From positions 10,679-74,678 of the forward strand of contig CAZWYY010000009.1 in NCBI GenBank assembly GCA_964638895.1: a stretch of 64,000 nucleotides of DNA, written 5' to 3'. The notes beneath the pieces are model-generated. The model was not told the DNA's origin. It did no database searches and saw only the letters and a program-made list of their open reading frames with translations. Of the stretch, positions 39,357 to 49,334 are shown one piece after another. Source of the stretch: an uncultured Spirochaetaceae bacterium. GTDB lineage: Bacteria > Spirochaetota > Spirochaetia > SZUA-6 > RPPD01. Position 1 is the stretch's first letter, and every line of letters begins with the position of its first letter. A program made the translations under genes and the position numbers.

Positions 39357-40661
39357 ATGCACATGGAAATAGAGGAAGCTGCTCAAAGAACAAAACAAGC
39401 CTCTTTAAGCCTCGCGGCCGTGGAGGGCCGGGTAAAAAACAATGCACTGCGGGGGATCGTACGCGTATTAAGGGAGCACGCTCCGGAGATCATCCGGGCC
39501 AATACAAACGACCTTGACCGTGCACAGCGGGAAAAGCTTGCCGCGCCTCTGTTAAAGCGCCTGAAATTCGACCAGGCAAAAATCGACGAGGTGTGCAGGG
39601 GCATCGAGGCCCTGATAACCCTAGAGGAGCCGGTGGGCAGGACCCTGCGCGCCATGGAGCTGGACAAGGGGCTTGAGCTTTTCAAGGTGAGCTGCCCCAT
39701 AGGGGTGGTGGGCGTGATCTTTGAGTCTCGGCCCGACGCCCTGGTGCAGATCGCCTGCCTCTGCCTTAAAAGCGGCAACGCCGTAATGCTTAAAGGGGGC
39801 AGCGAGGCCGCGGAAACCAACAGGCTGCTGGCCGGTCTTATCCTGAAGGCGGGCACGGAAGGCGGCCTGCCCAATAATTGGCTGCATCTTCTGGAAACAC
39901 GCGGGCATGTCAACCGGCTTTTAGCCCTAACCACTTATTTAGATCTTCTGATTCCGCGCGGCTCTAATGAATTCGTGAAACACATCATGGACAACACATC
40001 CATACCCGTGCTGGGACACGCAGAAGGCATCTGCCACGTATACGTGGATGAGTACGCGGACCCCAAAATGGCCCTGGATATCATAACGGATAGCAAGTGC
40101 CAGTATGTGGCGGTCTGTAACTCCCTGGAGACCCTGCTTGTCCACCGCGCGCAGGCCGCTTCCCTGCTGCCGGAACTGAAGCGGATAATGGAAGGGCACG
40201 GCGTGGAGCTACGCGGGTGCGGGGAAACGCAAAAAATTATTCGGGTCAAACCGGCCACGGAAGCGGACTGGAAAACGGAGTACCTGGACCTGATCCTGGC
40301 CGTGGAAATAACCGAAAACATGGAACAGGCAATCGAACATATCAACACCTACGGCTCACATCACACGGACGCCATTGTGACGCAGGATAAAGGCAGGGCG
40401 TCGTTGTTTTTAAACCTGGTTGACTCGGCCGATGTGTTCTGGAACTGCAGCACCCGTTTCAGCGACGGGTACCGCTTCGGCTTGGGCGCCGAGGTGGGCA
40501 TCAGCACAAACAAAATACACGCCCGCGGACCGGTGGGCATTGAGGGACTTTTGATCTATAAATGGAAGCTTCTGGGTACGGGGCAGGTTGTAGCCGGTTA
40601 TACGGGACAGGGTGCGCGAAGCTTCACCCATAAAAAATTGAACAAAGACTGCGACGTATAA
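39357..40661 (+). CDS. proA: Gamma-glutamyl phosphate reductase
   Basis: PIGVVGVIFESRP, KSGNAVMLKGGSEA, IPRGS, CNSLET, FSDGYRFGLGAEVGIST.KIHARGP. Confidence 0.97.
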   Translation: MHMEIEEAAQRTKQASLSLAAVEGRVKNNALRGIVRVLREHAPEIIRANTNDLDRAQREKLAAPLLKRLKFDQAKIDEVCRGIEALITLEEPVGRTLRAMELDKGLELFKVSCPIGVVGVIFESRPDALVQIACLCLKSGNAVMLKGGSEAAETNRLLAGLILKAGTEGGLPNNWLHLLETRGHVNRLLALTTYLDLLIPRGSNEFVKHIMDNTSIPVLGHAEGICHVYVDEYADPKMALDIITDSKCQYVAVCNSLETLLVHRAQAASLLPELKRIMEGHGVELRGCGETQKIIRVKPATEADWKTEYLDLILAVEITENMEQAIEHINTYGSHHTDAIVTQDKGRASLFLNLVDSADVFWNCSTRFSDGYRFGLGAEVGISTNKIHARGPVGIEGLLIYKWKLLGTGQVVAGYTGQGARSFTHKKLNKDCDV

Positions 40662-40667
40662 AAAACC

Positions 40668-41768
40668 ATGCGTAATTTTTCCAAGGTAAAAAGGATCGTC
40701 ATAAAAATCGGCACCTCGACCATCACCAGGGACAACAGACTGAACAGGGATTATATCCACTCGCTCGCGCTTCAAATACGGCGGCTTTTAAATGAAAAAA
40801 AACAGGTGGTTATCGTTACCTCCGGCGCTATCGGCATGGGCGCGGCCCAGCTGGGCATAAAGGAACGGGTTATCGGTATAAAAACGCGGCAGGCCTGCGC
40901 GGCCATCGGGCAGCCGTTGCTGATGCAGGAGTACCGTAAAACCTTTTTGCGCTACAAGATCATCACCGCCCAGGTGCTGCTTACCGCAGATGTGCTGAGC
41001 AACCGGAAAACCTACCTCAACCTGCGCAACGCCATGGAATCACTGCTTAAACTGGGTACGGTTCCCGTTTTGAATGAAAACGACAGTGTTTCCACGGAGG
41101 AGATCGGCTCCGCCTTCAGCGACAACGACCGCCTGAGCGCGTTTGTGGCCAGCAAAATCGACGCCGACCTCCTGATTATGTTGAGCGACGTGGACGCGTT
41201 ATACGACAGAGACCCCAGGAAACACCCGGACGCAAAACCGGTTTTTGTTGTAAAAGAGATATCGCCGGACATCCTCAAAATGGCGGGCAGCCACGGCAGC
41301 ATCCATGCCCGGGGTGGTATGAAAACCAAGCTGCAGGCCGCGCAGGTCGCCTCGCAGGCCGGGTGTATCATGGTACTGGCCGCGGGGAACAGAAAAAACG
41401 TGATTACGGAAATTCTAGCCGGAAAAGAGATCGGAACCATGTTTTTACCCCGGGCGCGTCTCAGCCAGCGCCTGCGCTGGATCCGGAACAGCATTCCGGC
41501 GGGAACCGTTCGTATAGACGAAGGGGCGCTTACCGCCTTAAGGAAGAATAAAAGCCTTCTGCCCAGCGGCATTCAAAGCGTGGAGGGGGAGTTCGAAAAA
41601 AACTCGGTGGTAATGCTGAACGACGCGGCCAAGGCCGTCAGCGGGTTCAGCAGCGCCGAATTAAGGCTCGTGGCCGGAAAACACAGCAGGGAAATAGCCA
41701 GGCTTTTGGGCCTGGGCCGTGGGGACGTTGTGGCCACGCCGGAAAATATCGTATTTCTGGATGATTGA
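40668..41768 (+). CDS. proB: Glutamate 5-kinase
   Basis: RIVIKIGTS, VTSGAI, NENDSV, DNDRLSA, GGMKTK, C-terminal PUA domain. Confidence 0.96.
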   Translation: MRNFSKVKRIVIKIGTSTITRDNRLNRDYIHSLALQIRRLLNEKKQVVIVTSGAIGMGAAQLGIKERVIGIKTRQACAAIGQPLLMQEYRKTFLRYKIITAQVLLTADVLSNRKTYLNLRNAMESLLKLGTVPVLNENDSVSTEEIGSAFSDNDRLSAFVASKIDADLLIMLSDVDALYDRDPRKHPDAKPVFVVKEISPDILKMAGSHGSIHARGGMKTKLQAAQVASQAGCIMVLAAGNRKNVITEILAGKEIGTMFLPRARLSQRLRWIRNSIPAGTVRIDEGALTALRKNKSLLPSGIQSVEGEFEKNSVVMLNDAAKAVSGFSSAELRLVAGKHSREIARLLGLGRGDVVATPENIVFLDD

Positions 41769-41769
41769 G

Positions 41770-42525
41770 ATGCGGGAAAAACAAACGGAAATCACGCTTG
41801 ATCTGAACATGATCGCCTTACAGCTTGAGGGCCTGGAAGAGACCATAATCTACCACCTTATCGAACGCGTCCAGTATTGTAAAAACAGCAGGGTCTACGA
41901 ACCGGGTAAAAGCGGATTCCGCGGGTATGCCCGCAAGAGCCTTATGGATATCCGCCTGCTTTATCACGAGGGAATGGACGCACAGTTCGGCCGCTTCTTT
42001 GTGCCGGAAGAAAGGCCCTTTAACCGGCGCCTGCCCAGGGCAAGGCGCAGCGTACACTTGCTCCCCTACCCGCTGGCGCTTGCGGATTACAATGCAGTAA
42101 ACCTCACCGCGGAAATCAAACGCGCCTATATCCCGTTCATTGCCGCGGTCTGCAGGCCCGGGGACGACGGGCAGTACGGCTCAAGCGTGGAGAATGACGT
42201 GTACGCGCTTCAGGCCATCTCACGTCGCGTGCACTACGGAGCCATGTACGTGGCGGAGGCCAAGTACCGTAAAGACCCGCTGCGGTATGAAGACTTAATC
42301 CGCAAACAGGACAAGGACGGGCTGCTACACGAACTTACCAGAAAAGAGGTGGAAGAGTGCATCATCCGGCGGGTTGGGGAAAAGGTGGCCCGGGCGCAGT
42401 CCAAGGTAAATACCGAAATCCGCACGCTGATCGACCCGGTCCTGGTGCTGGCCTTTTACAGGGACACTATTATTCCCCTTACCAAAGAGGGTGAGATCAG
42501 ATACCTGTTACACCGGAAAAATTAA
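41770..42525 (+). CDS. Chorismate mutase, yeast/plant (Aro7-like) type
   Basis: LEETII..LIER, GRF..PEERPF, NLTAEIK, DDGQYGSS, LQAISRRVHYG..VAEAKY, LTRKEVE, IIPLTKEGEIRYLL. Confidence 0.88.
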   Translation: MREKQTEITLDLNMIALQLEGLEETIIYHLIERVQYCKNSRVYEPGKSGFRGYARKSLMDIRLLYHEGMDAQFGRFFVPEERPFNRRLPRARRSVHLLPYPLALADYNAVNLTAEIKRAYIPFIAAVCRPGDDGQYGSSVENDVYALQAISRRVHYGAMYVAEAKYRKDPLRYEDLIRKQDKDGLLHELTRKEVEECIIRRVGEKVARAQSKVNTEIRTLIDPVLVLAFYRDTIIPLTKEGEIRYLLHRKN

Positions 42526-42555
42526 GCGCTGCGGCGGCCCTTTACAGGCCGCCCT

Positions 42556-44040
42556 TTACAATTCTACCCCGACCTGCCGGGGAAAGATTATTTCGAATAC
42601 CGTATATTCTCCCCGTCTGCCCGCCTCAAGCTTGCCTTTTAATTGCTTCACAAGCATTTCCACAAGCTGCAGCCCCAGCGATGTGCTCTTTTTAATATCA
42701 AAATCAGCAGGCAGGCCCCTGCCGTTATCCTTGATCACAAACACATACATCTTCCCCCGGGCTTTCATGGAAATACCGATAATCCCGTTTCGCCTCCGGG
42801 GAAATGCGTGCTTTATGGCATTGGTCACCAGTTCGTTGAATACCAATCCGCAGGGGATGGCGATATCTATATTCAGAAAAACGCGTTGTATCTCCATATT
42901 TATCTTTATCTTCCCGTGATCCAGCCGGTGTGAATGAATAATGTGAAAGACAAAGGATTTGAGGTACTCCTTAAAATCTATTTTCTGCAGATCATTAGAC
43001 TGGTACAGCTTTTCATGAATCAGGGCCATGGCCCTGATTCTGTTTTCGCACTGCTTGAATACCTTTATGGTCTGTTCATCGGGAATGGAATGCATTTGGA
43101 GGTTCATCAGGCTGCTTATTATCTGCAGGTTGTTTTTCACCCTGTGGTGAATCTCCCTTAACATGGTTTCCTTTTCTTTCAGAGTTTTCAATTGTTTCTG
43201 CGTATGCTTTTTTTCGGTAATGTCTTCTTGAATGGCGATAAAATTGCTGATTTCTCCCTTGGGATCGCGTACCGATGAAATAGTGACCGATTCCCAGTAC
43301 AGCCTGCCGTCTTTTTTCCGGTTGATGATCTCCCCCCGCCACTCGCCGTCACGCAGCAGGGTCTGCTTCAACTGTTCATAGAATTCGGGCGGATGGTAAT
43401 TTGATTTTAATACGTGTACGTTCCGGCCGATTATTTCCTCCGGCGAATACCCGCGCACGCGGATGAACACGGGGTTGATGTATTCGATGGTCCCGTTCTT
43501 ATCGGTAATTATGATGGAAACCGGGCTTTGATCAACCACGCCGAACATTTTACGCAGAAACTCCTCTGACCGTTTCCTGCCTGAAATATCGCGGATCGTA
43601 CCCGCAACCCCCATGAATTTTCTGTTTTGTCCATCGATCCCCCGGTTGTAATACGCACAGGAGCTTATTTCACCATAAATTTCATGCGGGTCGCCGGAAC
43701 CGCCCCCGGCTTTGGGCAGAAGCCGCGCCTCCAGGTTTGCATGTTTTAAAAGCCATACCGGAGGCTCGTTCAAAGTGATCGCCTGCCTGAAAGCGGCCGG
43801 GGAAGGAAAGTTTTTTGCGTTGTTTAATTCGCGCTGCACGCGTGAGGCGTCATCGGGATGAATTATGGTGGTAAAGTGTTTGCCTATGAGTTCGGCCGGC
43901 CTATATCCAAGGATTGTCACGGCATGGTTTAAGACCCGGAACCGGCCGCGAGAGTCGGTTTTATACACAATATCCGGAATAAAATGAAAAAGATTTCTGT
44001 ATTGTGTATCACTTTCCCTTAATGATCTTTCAAACGGCGT
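42556..44040 (-). CDS. Cytoplasmic PAS-PAS histidine kinase, HisKA_2 type; start uncertain
   Basis: LREIHHRVKNNLQ, NELVTNAIKHAF, DNGRG, LGLQLV; PAS-type sequence continues in frame upstream of the GTG at 43968. Confidence 0.88.
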   Translation of the reverse strand, partial: TPFERSLRESDTQYRNLFHFIPDIVYKTDSRGRFRVLNHAVTILGYRPAELIGKHFTTIIHPDDASRVQRELNNAKNFPSPAAFRQAITLNEPPVWLLKHANLEARLLPKAGGGSGDPHEIYGEISSCAYYNRGIDGQNRKFMGVAGTIRDISGRKRSEEFLRKMFGVVDQSPVSIIITDKNGTIEYINPVFIRVRGYSPEEIIGRNVHVLKSNYHPPEFYEQLKQTLLRDGEWRGEIINRKKDGRLYWESVTISSVRDPKGEISNFIAIQEDITEKKHTQKQLKTLKEKETMLREIHHRVKNNLQIISSLMNLQMHSIPDEQTIKVFKQCENRIRAMALIHEKLYQSNDLQKIDFKEYLKSFVFHIIHSHRLDHGKIKINMEIQRVFLNIDIAIPCGLVFNELVTNAIKHAFPRRRNGIIGISMKARGKMYVFVIKDNGRGLPADFDIKKSTSLGLQLVEMLVKQLKGKLEAGRRGEYTVFEIIFPRQVGVEL

Positions 44041-44058
44041 ATGCTTTTCCTTTTTGTA

Positions 44059-45429
44059 TTAACTACGCTCATTCAGTGGAATATATTCCTGTTTTTTGAT
44101 GATATTTTTATAGGCGGGCCGCATAATCCTGCCCCCGCTGACCAGTTCTTCGATCCTGTGCGCCACCCACCCGGAGATACGCGCAATGGCAAACAAGGGA
44201 GTATAAAGCTCACGCGGAATACCCAGCATGCTGTACACAAACCCTGAATAAAAATCAACGTTGGCGGAAATTATCTTATTTGAGTCTTTTTCTTCCTTTA
44301 ATACCTCGGGACCAAACTTTTCTATGTTCGCATAAAGCCCGAACTCTTCTTCCGAGCCCTTTTCTTTGGAGAGCTCCGCGGCCTTCTGCTTAAGCAGCAC
44401 GGCGCGGGGGTCCGAGAGGGTATAGACGGCATGTCCCAGACCATAGATCAATCCGCTTCCGTCGTAGGCATCTTTCCTGATGAGTTTACGCAGGTAATTC
44501 TTGATCTCCGTCTCATTCGACCAATCCTTTACATTGGCCTTTATGTCATCCATCATTTCCACGACCTTGATATTCGCCCCCCCGTGCTTTGGCCCCTTAA
44601 GCGAGCCCACCCCGGCGGCCACGGCCGAATAAATATCCGTACCCGATGAGGTGACGACATGAAGCGTAAAGGCGGAGTTGTTCCCCCCGCCGTGTTCGGC
44701 GTGCAGTACCAAAGCCAGATCCAGGACCTCGGCCTCTAGCTCACTGTACTTGCTGTCGGCCCTAATCAGGTGCAGCAGGTTCTCCGCAGTGCCCAATCCC
44801 TGTTTTACCTTGTGGATAAACAGGCTTTTCCCGTCATGATAGTGCGATTTGGCCTGGAAGGCATAGGCGGTAAAGGTCGGGAAACACGCTATAAGCTCAA
44901 GCCCCTGGCGTAGGTTGTTTTGTATGCTTAGATCATCCGGGTTATCATCATAGGAATACAGCACCAGTACGCTGCGGGCAAGCTTGTTCATAATATCCCT
45001 GCTGGGCGCCTTCAAAATCATATTCTCAGTAAAGCCCGCGGGCAGTTCCCTGCACTCGTCCAGTACCTGCTGGAATTCTGCCAGCTCGGCGGCGGTAGGC
45101 AGCTTGCCGAAAAGCAAGAGAAAAGCGGTTTCTTCGAATCCAAAGCGTTTTTCAGCCTGAAATCCGTTGACTATCTCGCGCACGTCTATGCCGCGGTAGA
45201 TAAGGCGTCCTTCCACGGGTACGGTTTCACCTTCGTCTATAATATAGCCGTGAACGTCCCCTATGGTAGTAAGCCCGACCAGCACACCCGTGCCGTCGCT
45301 GTTGCGTAATCCCCGTTTTACGTTGTACTTGAGATAGTTATCGGACGAAATTTTGTTCTTTTCCTCGGCTGTATTATATGTTTTTTTGATAAATTCATTT
45401 AAAATACCTGTTTTCACTGTTTTTTCCAT
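44059..45429 (-). CDS. gltA: Citrate synthase
   Basis: KRGLRNSDGTGVLVGLT, LHAEHGGGNNS, GPKHGGAN, GLGHAVY..SDPR, ANVDFYSG. Confidence 0.93.
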   Translation of the reverse strand: MEKTVKTGILNEFIKKTYNTAEEKNKISSDNYLKYNVKRGLRNSDGTGVLVGLTTIGDVHGYIIDEGETVPVEGRLIYRGIDVREIVNGFQAEKRFGFEETAFLLLFGKLPTAAELAEFQQVLDECRELPAGFTENMILKAPSRDIMNKLARSVLVLYSYDDNPDDLSIQNNLRQGLELIACFPTFTAYAFQAKSHYHDGKSLFIHKVKQGLGTAENLLHLIRADSKYSELEAEVLDLALVLHAEHGGGNNSAFTLHVVTSSGTDIYSAVAAGVGSLKGPKHGGANIKVVEMMDDIKANVKDWSNETEIKNYLRKLIRKDAYDGSGLIYGLGHAVYTLSDPRAVLLKQKAAELSKEKGSEEEFGLYANIEKFGPEVLKEEKDSNKIISANVDFYSGFVYSMLGIPRELYTPLFAIARISGWVAHRIEELVSGGRIMRPAYKNIIKKQEYIPLNERS

Positions 45430-45566
45430 ATATTTTCCTTGTTAATAAGGATTGAATATTTTACAAAAAAATTATATCTATAAAACAGTGATTTGACAAT
45501 TCCTTTACCAAGGATTTCATTGTTTATTTGCATTTAATCGCGGAACAACGTAAAAAGGTACCGGCT

Positions 45567-46019
45567 ATGAATTTTATACATTTTTCCTTATTCACCGCAA
45601 TTTGTGTACATATTATCTGTCAGGTCTTCAAGCTGGTCTATTATTCCTTAAAAACGGGGCGCTTTGACATAGGTTACTTTTTTTCGGCTGGCGGCATGCC
45701 CAGCACGCATACCGCGTTTACCAGCAGCCTTACCGTTTCGCTGGGACTGATAAAAGGCTTTGATTCCGCGTTTTTTGCCATAGGTTTTGTGTTCTCCGCC
45801 GTGGTTATTTATGACTCCCTGAGGCTGCGCGGGGCCGTGCAGATTCATTCGGAGCAGCTGCACAAACTTGTCAAGCTCCTGCCGGCGGAAGAACGCTTGA
45901 AAATTCCAAAGATGGTGGGGCACACCCTAAGCGAGATAATCGTGGGTATCATTGTGGCCTTAATTCTCAGTACAGGCCTCTACTATTTTTGGGGCGGCTA
46001 TTTTCTCGGCCCGGGTTGA
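45567..46019 (+). CDS. Divergent PAP2 / DUF212 family membrane protein
   Basis: GGMPSTH, VIYD...R, GHT..EIIVG. Confidence 0.88.
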   Translation: MNFIHFSLFTAICVHIICQVFKLVYYSLKTGRFDIGYFFSAGGMPSTHTAFTSSLTVSLGLIKGFDSAFFAIGFVFSAVVIYDSLRLRGAVQIHSEQLHKLVKLLPAEERLKIPKMVGHTLSEIIVGIIVALILSTGLYYFWGGYFLGPG

Positions 46020-46034
46020 GATTGAAGAAAAGCT

Positions 46035-46505
46035 ATGAGGAATATGCGTTTTTTTCCGGTAGTAATTTTTTTGTTTTTCTATGGATTTGTATTTCCCGGC
46101 CGGGGCTATGCACAGCATGGTTCCGACGGTGACATACGGAATTGGCTGGGAATGGATCTTGAAACCGCCTATAAACGGTTTGGTACGCCCCAGGAGGTTT
46201 TTTCCTACCGGGCGGGTCCCGAAGCCGATAATGTGGTATTCTATTACAAAAACCATGTCTATTTATTCTGGTACCAAAACCGGGTATGGGTGGTCAGATT
46301 TGATGAACGTTATAAACAGAGGTTTCTGGGATTGGAAATGGGTATGTCCAGGGAAAGGGTATTGGAAATCCTTGACCGGGCCTTTACGGAAGCGGAGGAT
46401 TCACTTGTTTTTTATCTCCCCGACCGGGGATACCCGGTACGCCTTCGCCTGTTTTTTACAGCGGATGCGCTGTCCGACGCATATTTATACAGAGGTGATT
46501 TTTAA
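46035..46505 (+). CDS. Hypothetical exported protein
   Basis: Signal peptide, two LG.M.......G.P-like repeats; coupled to aroDE. Confidence 0.7.
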   Translation: MRNMRFFPVVIFLFFYGFVFPGRGYAQHGSDGDIRNWLGMDLETAYKRFGTPQEVFSYRAGPEADNVVFYYKNHVYLFWYQNRVWVVRFDERYKQRFLGLEMGMSRERVLEILDRAFTEAEDSLVFYLPDRGYPVRLRLFFTADALSDAYLYRGDF

Positions 46506-48004
46506 TGGATAAAAGCCTGCTTTGCCTTGTGTTGAGCGAAAACACGCTGGCCGAAAACAAAAAGGTCATAAAGCGTTACAAGGATTTTATCGACCTGGTG
46601 GAACTCCGGGCCGATTTTTTAAACCATGGGGAGCTTCCGGGGTTGAAGGATTTTCCCAAATCCCTGGACGTCCCGGTCATCCTTACCGTCCGCAGGGTCT
46701 CGGACGGGGGGAGGTTCAGGAAAAGCGAATCGGAACGGCGGGCGCTTGTCAAGGCAAGCATAAACAGGGCGTATTCCTATATTGACCTGGAAAGCGATTT
46801 TCATGACACGCGGTTTGAACAGGGGATAAAAAGGGACGGAATAAAGATAATACGGTCAATCCATGATTTTAACGGGGTGCCCGGAGATCTTGTGAAACGC
46901 ATCAGGGAGTTGGCCCGTGTCGGTGGTGAAATACCGAAGGCCGCGGTAATGCCCAAGAGTTCAAAGGACCTGTTCCGGCTGCTGAAATGCTATGCCAAAC
47001 TGAGAGATACGGAGAAGATCCTCATCGGTATGGGAGATTTCGGCCTGCCCACCAGAATCTTAAGCAATTATCTGGGCTCGTTTTTAAGCTACAGTGCGCG
47101 TCCGGGAAGCCAGGCGGCGCCGGGCAACAAAGACCCGGAGGAGATGGTCCGCCTCTACGGATTTCACAAGATCGACAGCACAACCGGGATCTACGGCATA
47201 ATCGGGAATCCCATCATGTATTCCTTTTCCCCCCTGATTCACAACCGGGGGTTTAAGGCCCTGGAATATAACGGCGTATACCTTCCTTTCCTGGTGGATA
47301 ACGTGGCCCAGTTTTTTAAAACCGCCAGACTGCTTGATATTCGGGGTTTTTCCGTCACCATCCCCCACAAACAGGCGGTCATCCGCTATCTTAAGGGAAA
47401 GCATCCCAATATAAAAAAAATAAACGCATGTAATACCGTCATTCGCAGGCAACGGGGATATTACGGGGAAAACACGGATGTGGAAGGTTTTTTAAAGCCG
47501 TTGAAAAACTATTTCGGCGATCCCCTGACGCAGAACATCAAGGCCACGGTGATCGGCGCGGGCGGCGCGGCGCGGGCCGTGGTATACGGGCTGGCACAGC
47601 ATAACGCCCGGATTCTGATTTTAAACCGCACGCCTCTTAAGGCCAAAAAACTCGCCCAATCCTTCAACTGCGAGTGGGACGCGCTGGATGAACAGGGCAT
47701 AAAACGCATCAAGGAATATTCGGATCTGATCGTACAGACCACCAATGTAGGGATGCGGCCAAATGTAAAAAAGGATCCCATCCCCTCTTTTCGGTTCCGC
47801 GGCCATGAGATCGTATATGACCTGATCTACACCCCCCCGCTTACCAGGCTGCTGGAAAGGGCGCTTAATTCCAACTGCAAGGTAATTAATGGCGAGGAGA
47901 TGCTCCTGGCTCAGGCCCAGGCCCAGTTCAACCTGTTCACCGGAAGTGATTACATATTTTCACAAAATATATTGTTCGAGATATTCCGCGGCCAAAGCGA
48001 ATAA
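46505..48004 (+). CDS. aroE: Bifunctional type I 3-dehydroquinate dehydratase / shikimate dehydrogenase (AroD-AroE fusion)
   Basis: VELRAD, DGGRF, IRSIHDF, IGMG, AAPG; then IGNPIMYSFSP.IHN, SVTIPHK, NTD, GAGGAAR, DLIYTP. Confidence 0.92.
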   Translation: MDKSLLCLVLSENTLAENKKVIKRYKDFIDLVELRADFLNHGELPGLKDFPKSLDVPVILTVRRVSDGGRFRKSESERRALVKASINRAYSYIDLESDFHDTRFEQGIKRDGIKIIRSIHDFNGVPGDLVKRIRELARVGGEIPKAAVMPKSSKDLFRLLKCYAKLRDTEKILIGMGDFGLPTRILSNYLGSFLSYSARPGSQAAPGNKDPEEMVRLYGFHKIDSTTGIYGIIGNPIMYSFSPLIHNRGFKALEYNGVYLPFLVDNVAQFFKTARLLDIRGFSVTIPHKQAVIRYLKGKHPNIKKINACNTVIRRQRGYYGENTDVEGFLKPLKNYFGDPLTQNIKATVIGAGGAARAVVYGLAQHNARILILNRTPLKAKKLAQSFNCEWDALDEQGIKRIKEYSDLIVQTTNVGMRPNVKKDPIPSFRFRGHEIVYDLIYTPPLTRLLERALNSNCKVINGEEMLLAQAQAQFNLFTGSDYIFSQNILFEIFRGQSE

Positions 48005-48145
48005 CGGATAATAAAAGGGAATTTAATAAAAAAGGCACTTCTCCAACAGATCGTTTTCATGTATACTTACGTCTCAAATCCCTTTATCATAAACTCCACT
48101 TTTTGTGGCGGTTTTTAAGAATAAAAACCAATTAAGGAGAAAAGC

Positions 48146-49222
48146 ATGAAACACAAAAAGCTGTTTATCCCCGGCCCGGTCGAAGTCAGTGCGGAGGTAC
48201 TCCAGGTGCTTTCCACACCCATGATCGGGCACAGGAGTTCCGACTACAGTGCCCTGCAAGAAAGGGTTACCAAGAAGGTGCAGCAATTGATGTACACTCA
48301 AAACCCCGTGATTCTTTCCGCCTCATCCGGTACGGGCCTCATGGAGATGGCCGTACGCTGCACAACCGAAAAGCGGGCGATTGTTTTTTCCATGGGCGCG
48401 TTCGGCAAGCGCTGGTACGAGATCGCCGATGGCAACGGTGTGCCCGCCGACAAACATGAAGTGGAATGGGGTCGGGCCGTGACCCCCGACATCGTGGAGC
48501 AGTACCTTTCCACGGGCAAGTATGACGTAGCCACCATCACCCATAATGAAACCTCAACCGGTGTAATGAACAACGCGGAAGAGCTTGCCCCCGTGTTCAG
48601 GAAATACCCGGATGTGGTCTGGTGCATGGACACGGTATCATCGCTGGCCGGCGTAAAAATAGAGGTGGACAAGCTGGGGGTTGACGTGTGTGTAAGTTCC
48701 AGCCAGAAGGCCCTGGGACTTCCCCCGGGGTTGAGCCTGGCCTCGGTTTCGGACAAGGCAAGGCAAAAAGCGGCGCGGATAAAAACCCGCGGCTATTATT
48801 TCGATATGCTGCTGCTGTTAAAATATATTGAGGAAAGAAACTTTCAATATCCCTCCACACCCTCAATTCCGCATATATTCGCCCTTGATTTTCAGATGGA
48901 CAGGATCCTTAGAGAGGGTCTTGAAAACCGGTTCAAACGCCATGCGGAACTCGCCGCCATGGTACAAACCTGGGCCAAACAGTATTTTAAGATGTTCGCC
49001 GATGAAAAATACGCCTCAAAAACCGTTACCTGTATCGACAACACACGGGAAATCTCCGTAAAGGACCTGAACTCAGAACTGGGCAAGCGCGGGTTTATGA
49101 TATCCAACGGCTACGGCTCACTCAAAGAAAAAACCTTCCGTATTGCGCACATGGCCGATATGCAGAAGGAAGACGTGCGGGAGTTGCTTGACCAAATCGA
49201 AGATATCTTAAAGCTGGCCTAA
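48146..49222 (+). CDS. Class V PLP aminotransferase (alanine-glyoxylate/serine-pyruvate family)
   Basis: FIPGP, HRS, THNETSTG, DTVSS, SSQKALGLPPG, FRIAHM. Confidence 0.92.
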   Translation: MKHKKLFIPGPVEVSAEVLQVLSTPMIGHRSSDYSALQERVTKKVQQLMYTQNPVILSASSGTGLMEMAVRCTTEKRAIVFSMGAFGKRWYEIADGNGVPADKHEVEWGRAVTPDIVEQYLSTGKYDVATITHNETSTGVMNNAEELAPVFRKYPDVVWCMDTVSSLAGVKIEVDKLGVDVCVSSSQKALGLPPGLSLASVSDKARQKAARIKTRGYYFDMLLLLKYIEERNFQYPSTPSIPHIFALDFQMDRILREGLENRFKRHAELAAMVQTWAKQYFKMFADEKYASKTVTCIDNTREISVKDLNSELGKRGFMISNGYGSLKEKTFRIAHMADMQKEDVRELLDQIEDILKLA

Positions 49223-49239
49223 GCATTGTCATGTATGCA

Positions 49240-49271
49240 GCAGGCAGGGGGGCGCACGCTCCCTTGCCTGT
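49240..49271 (+). terminator. GC-rich stem-loop after the aminotransferase
   Basis: CAGGCAGGGGGGCG-CA-CGCTCCCTTGCCTG. Confidence 0.55.
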
Positions 49272-49334
49272 ATCTCAAACCGCACGGCCGCCCCATACCG
49301 GGCACTTATAATATCCGGGAGAAACGAACCGCCC

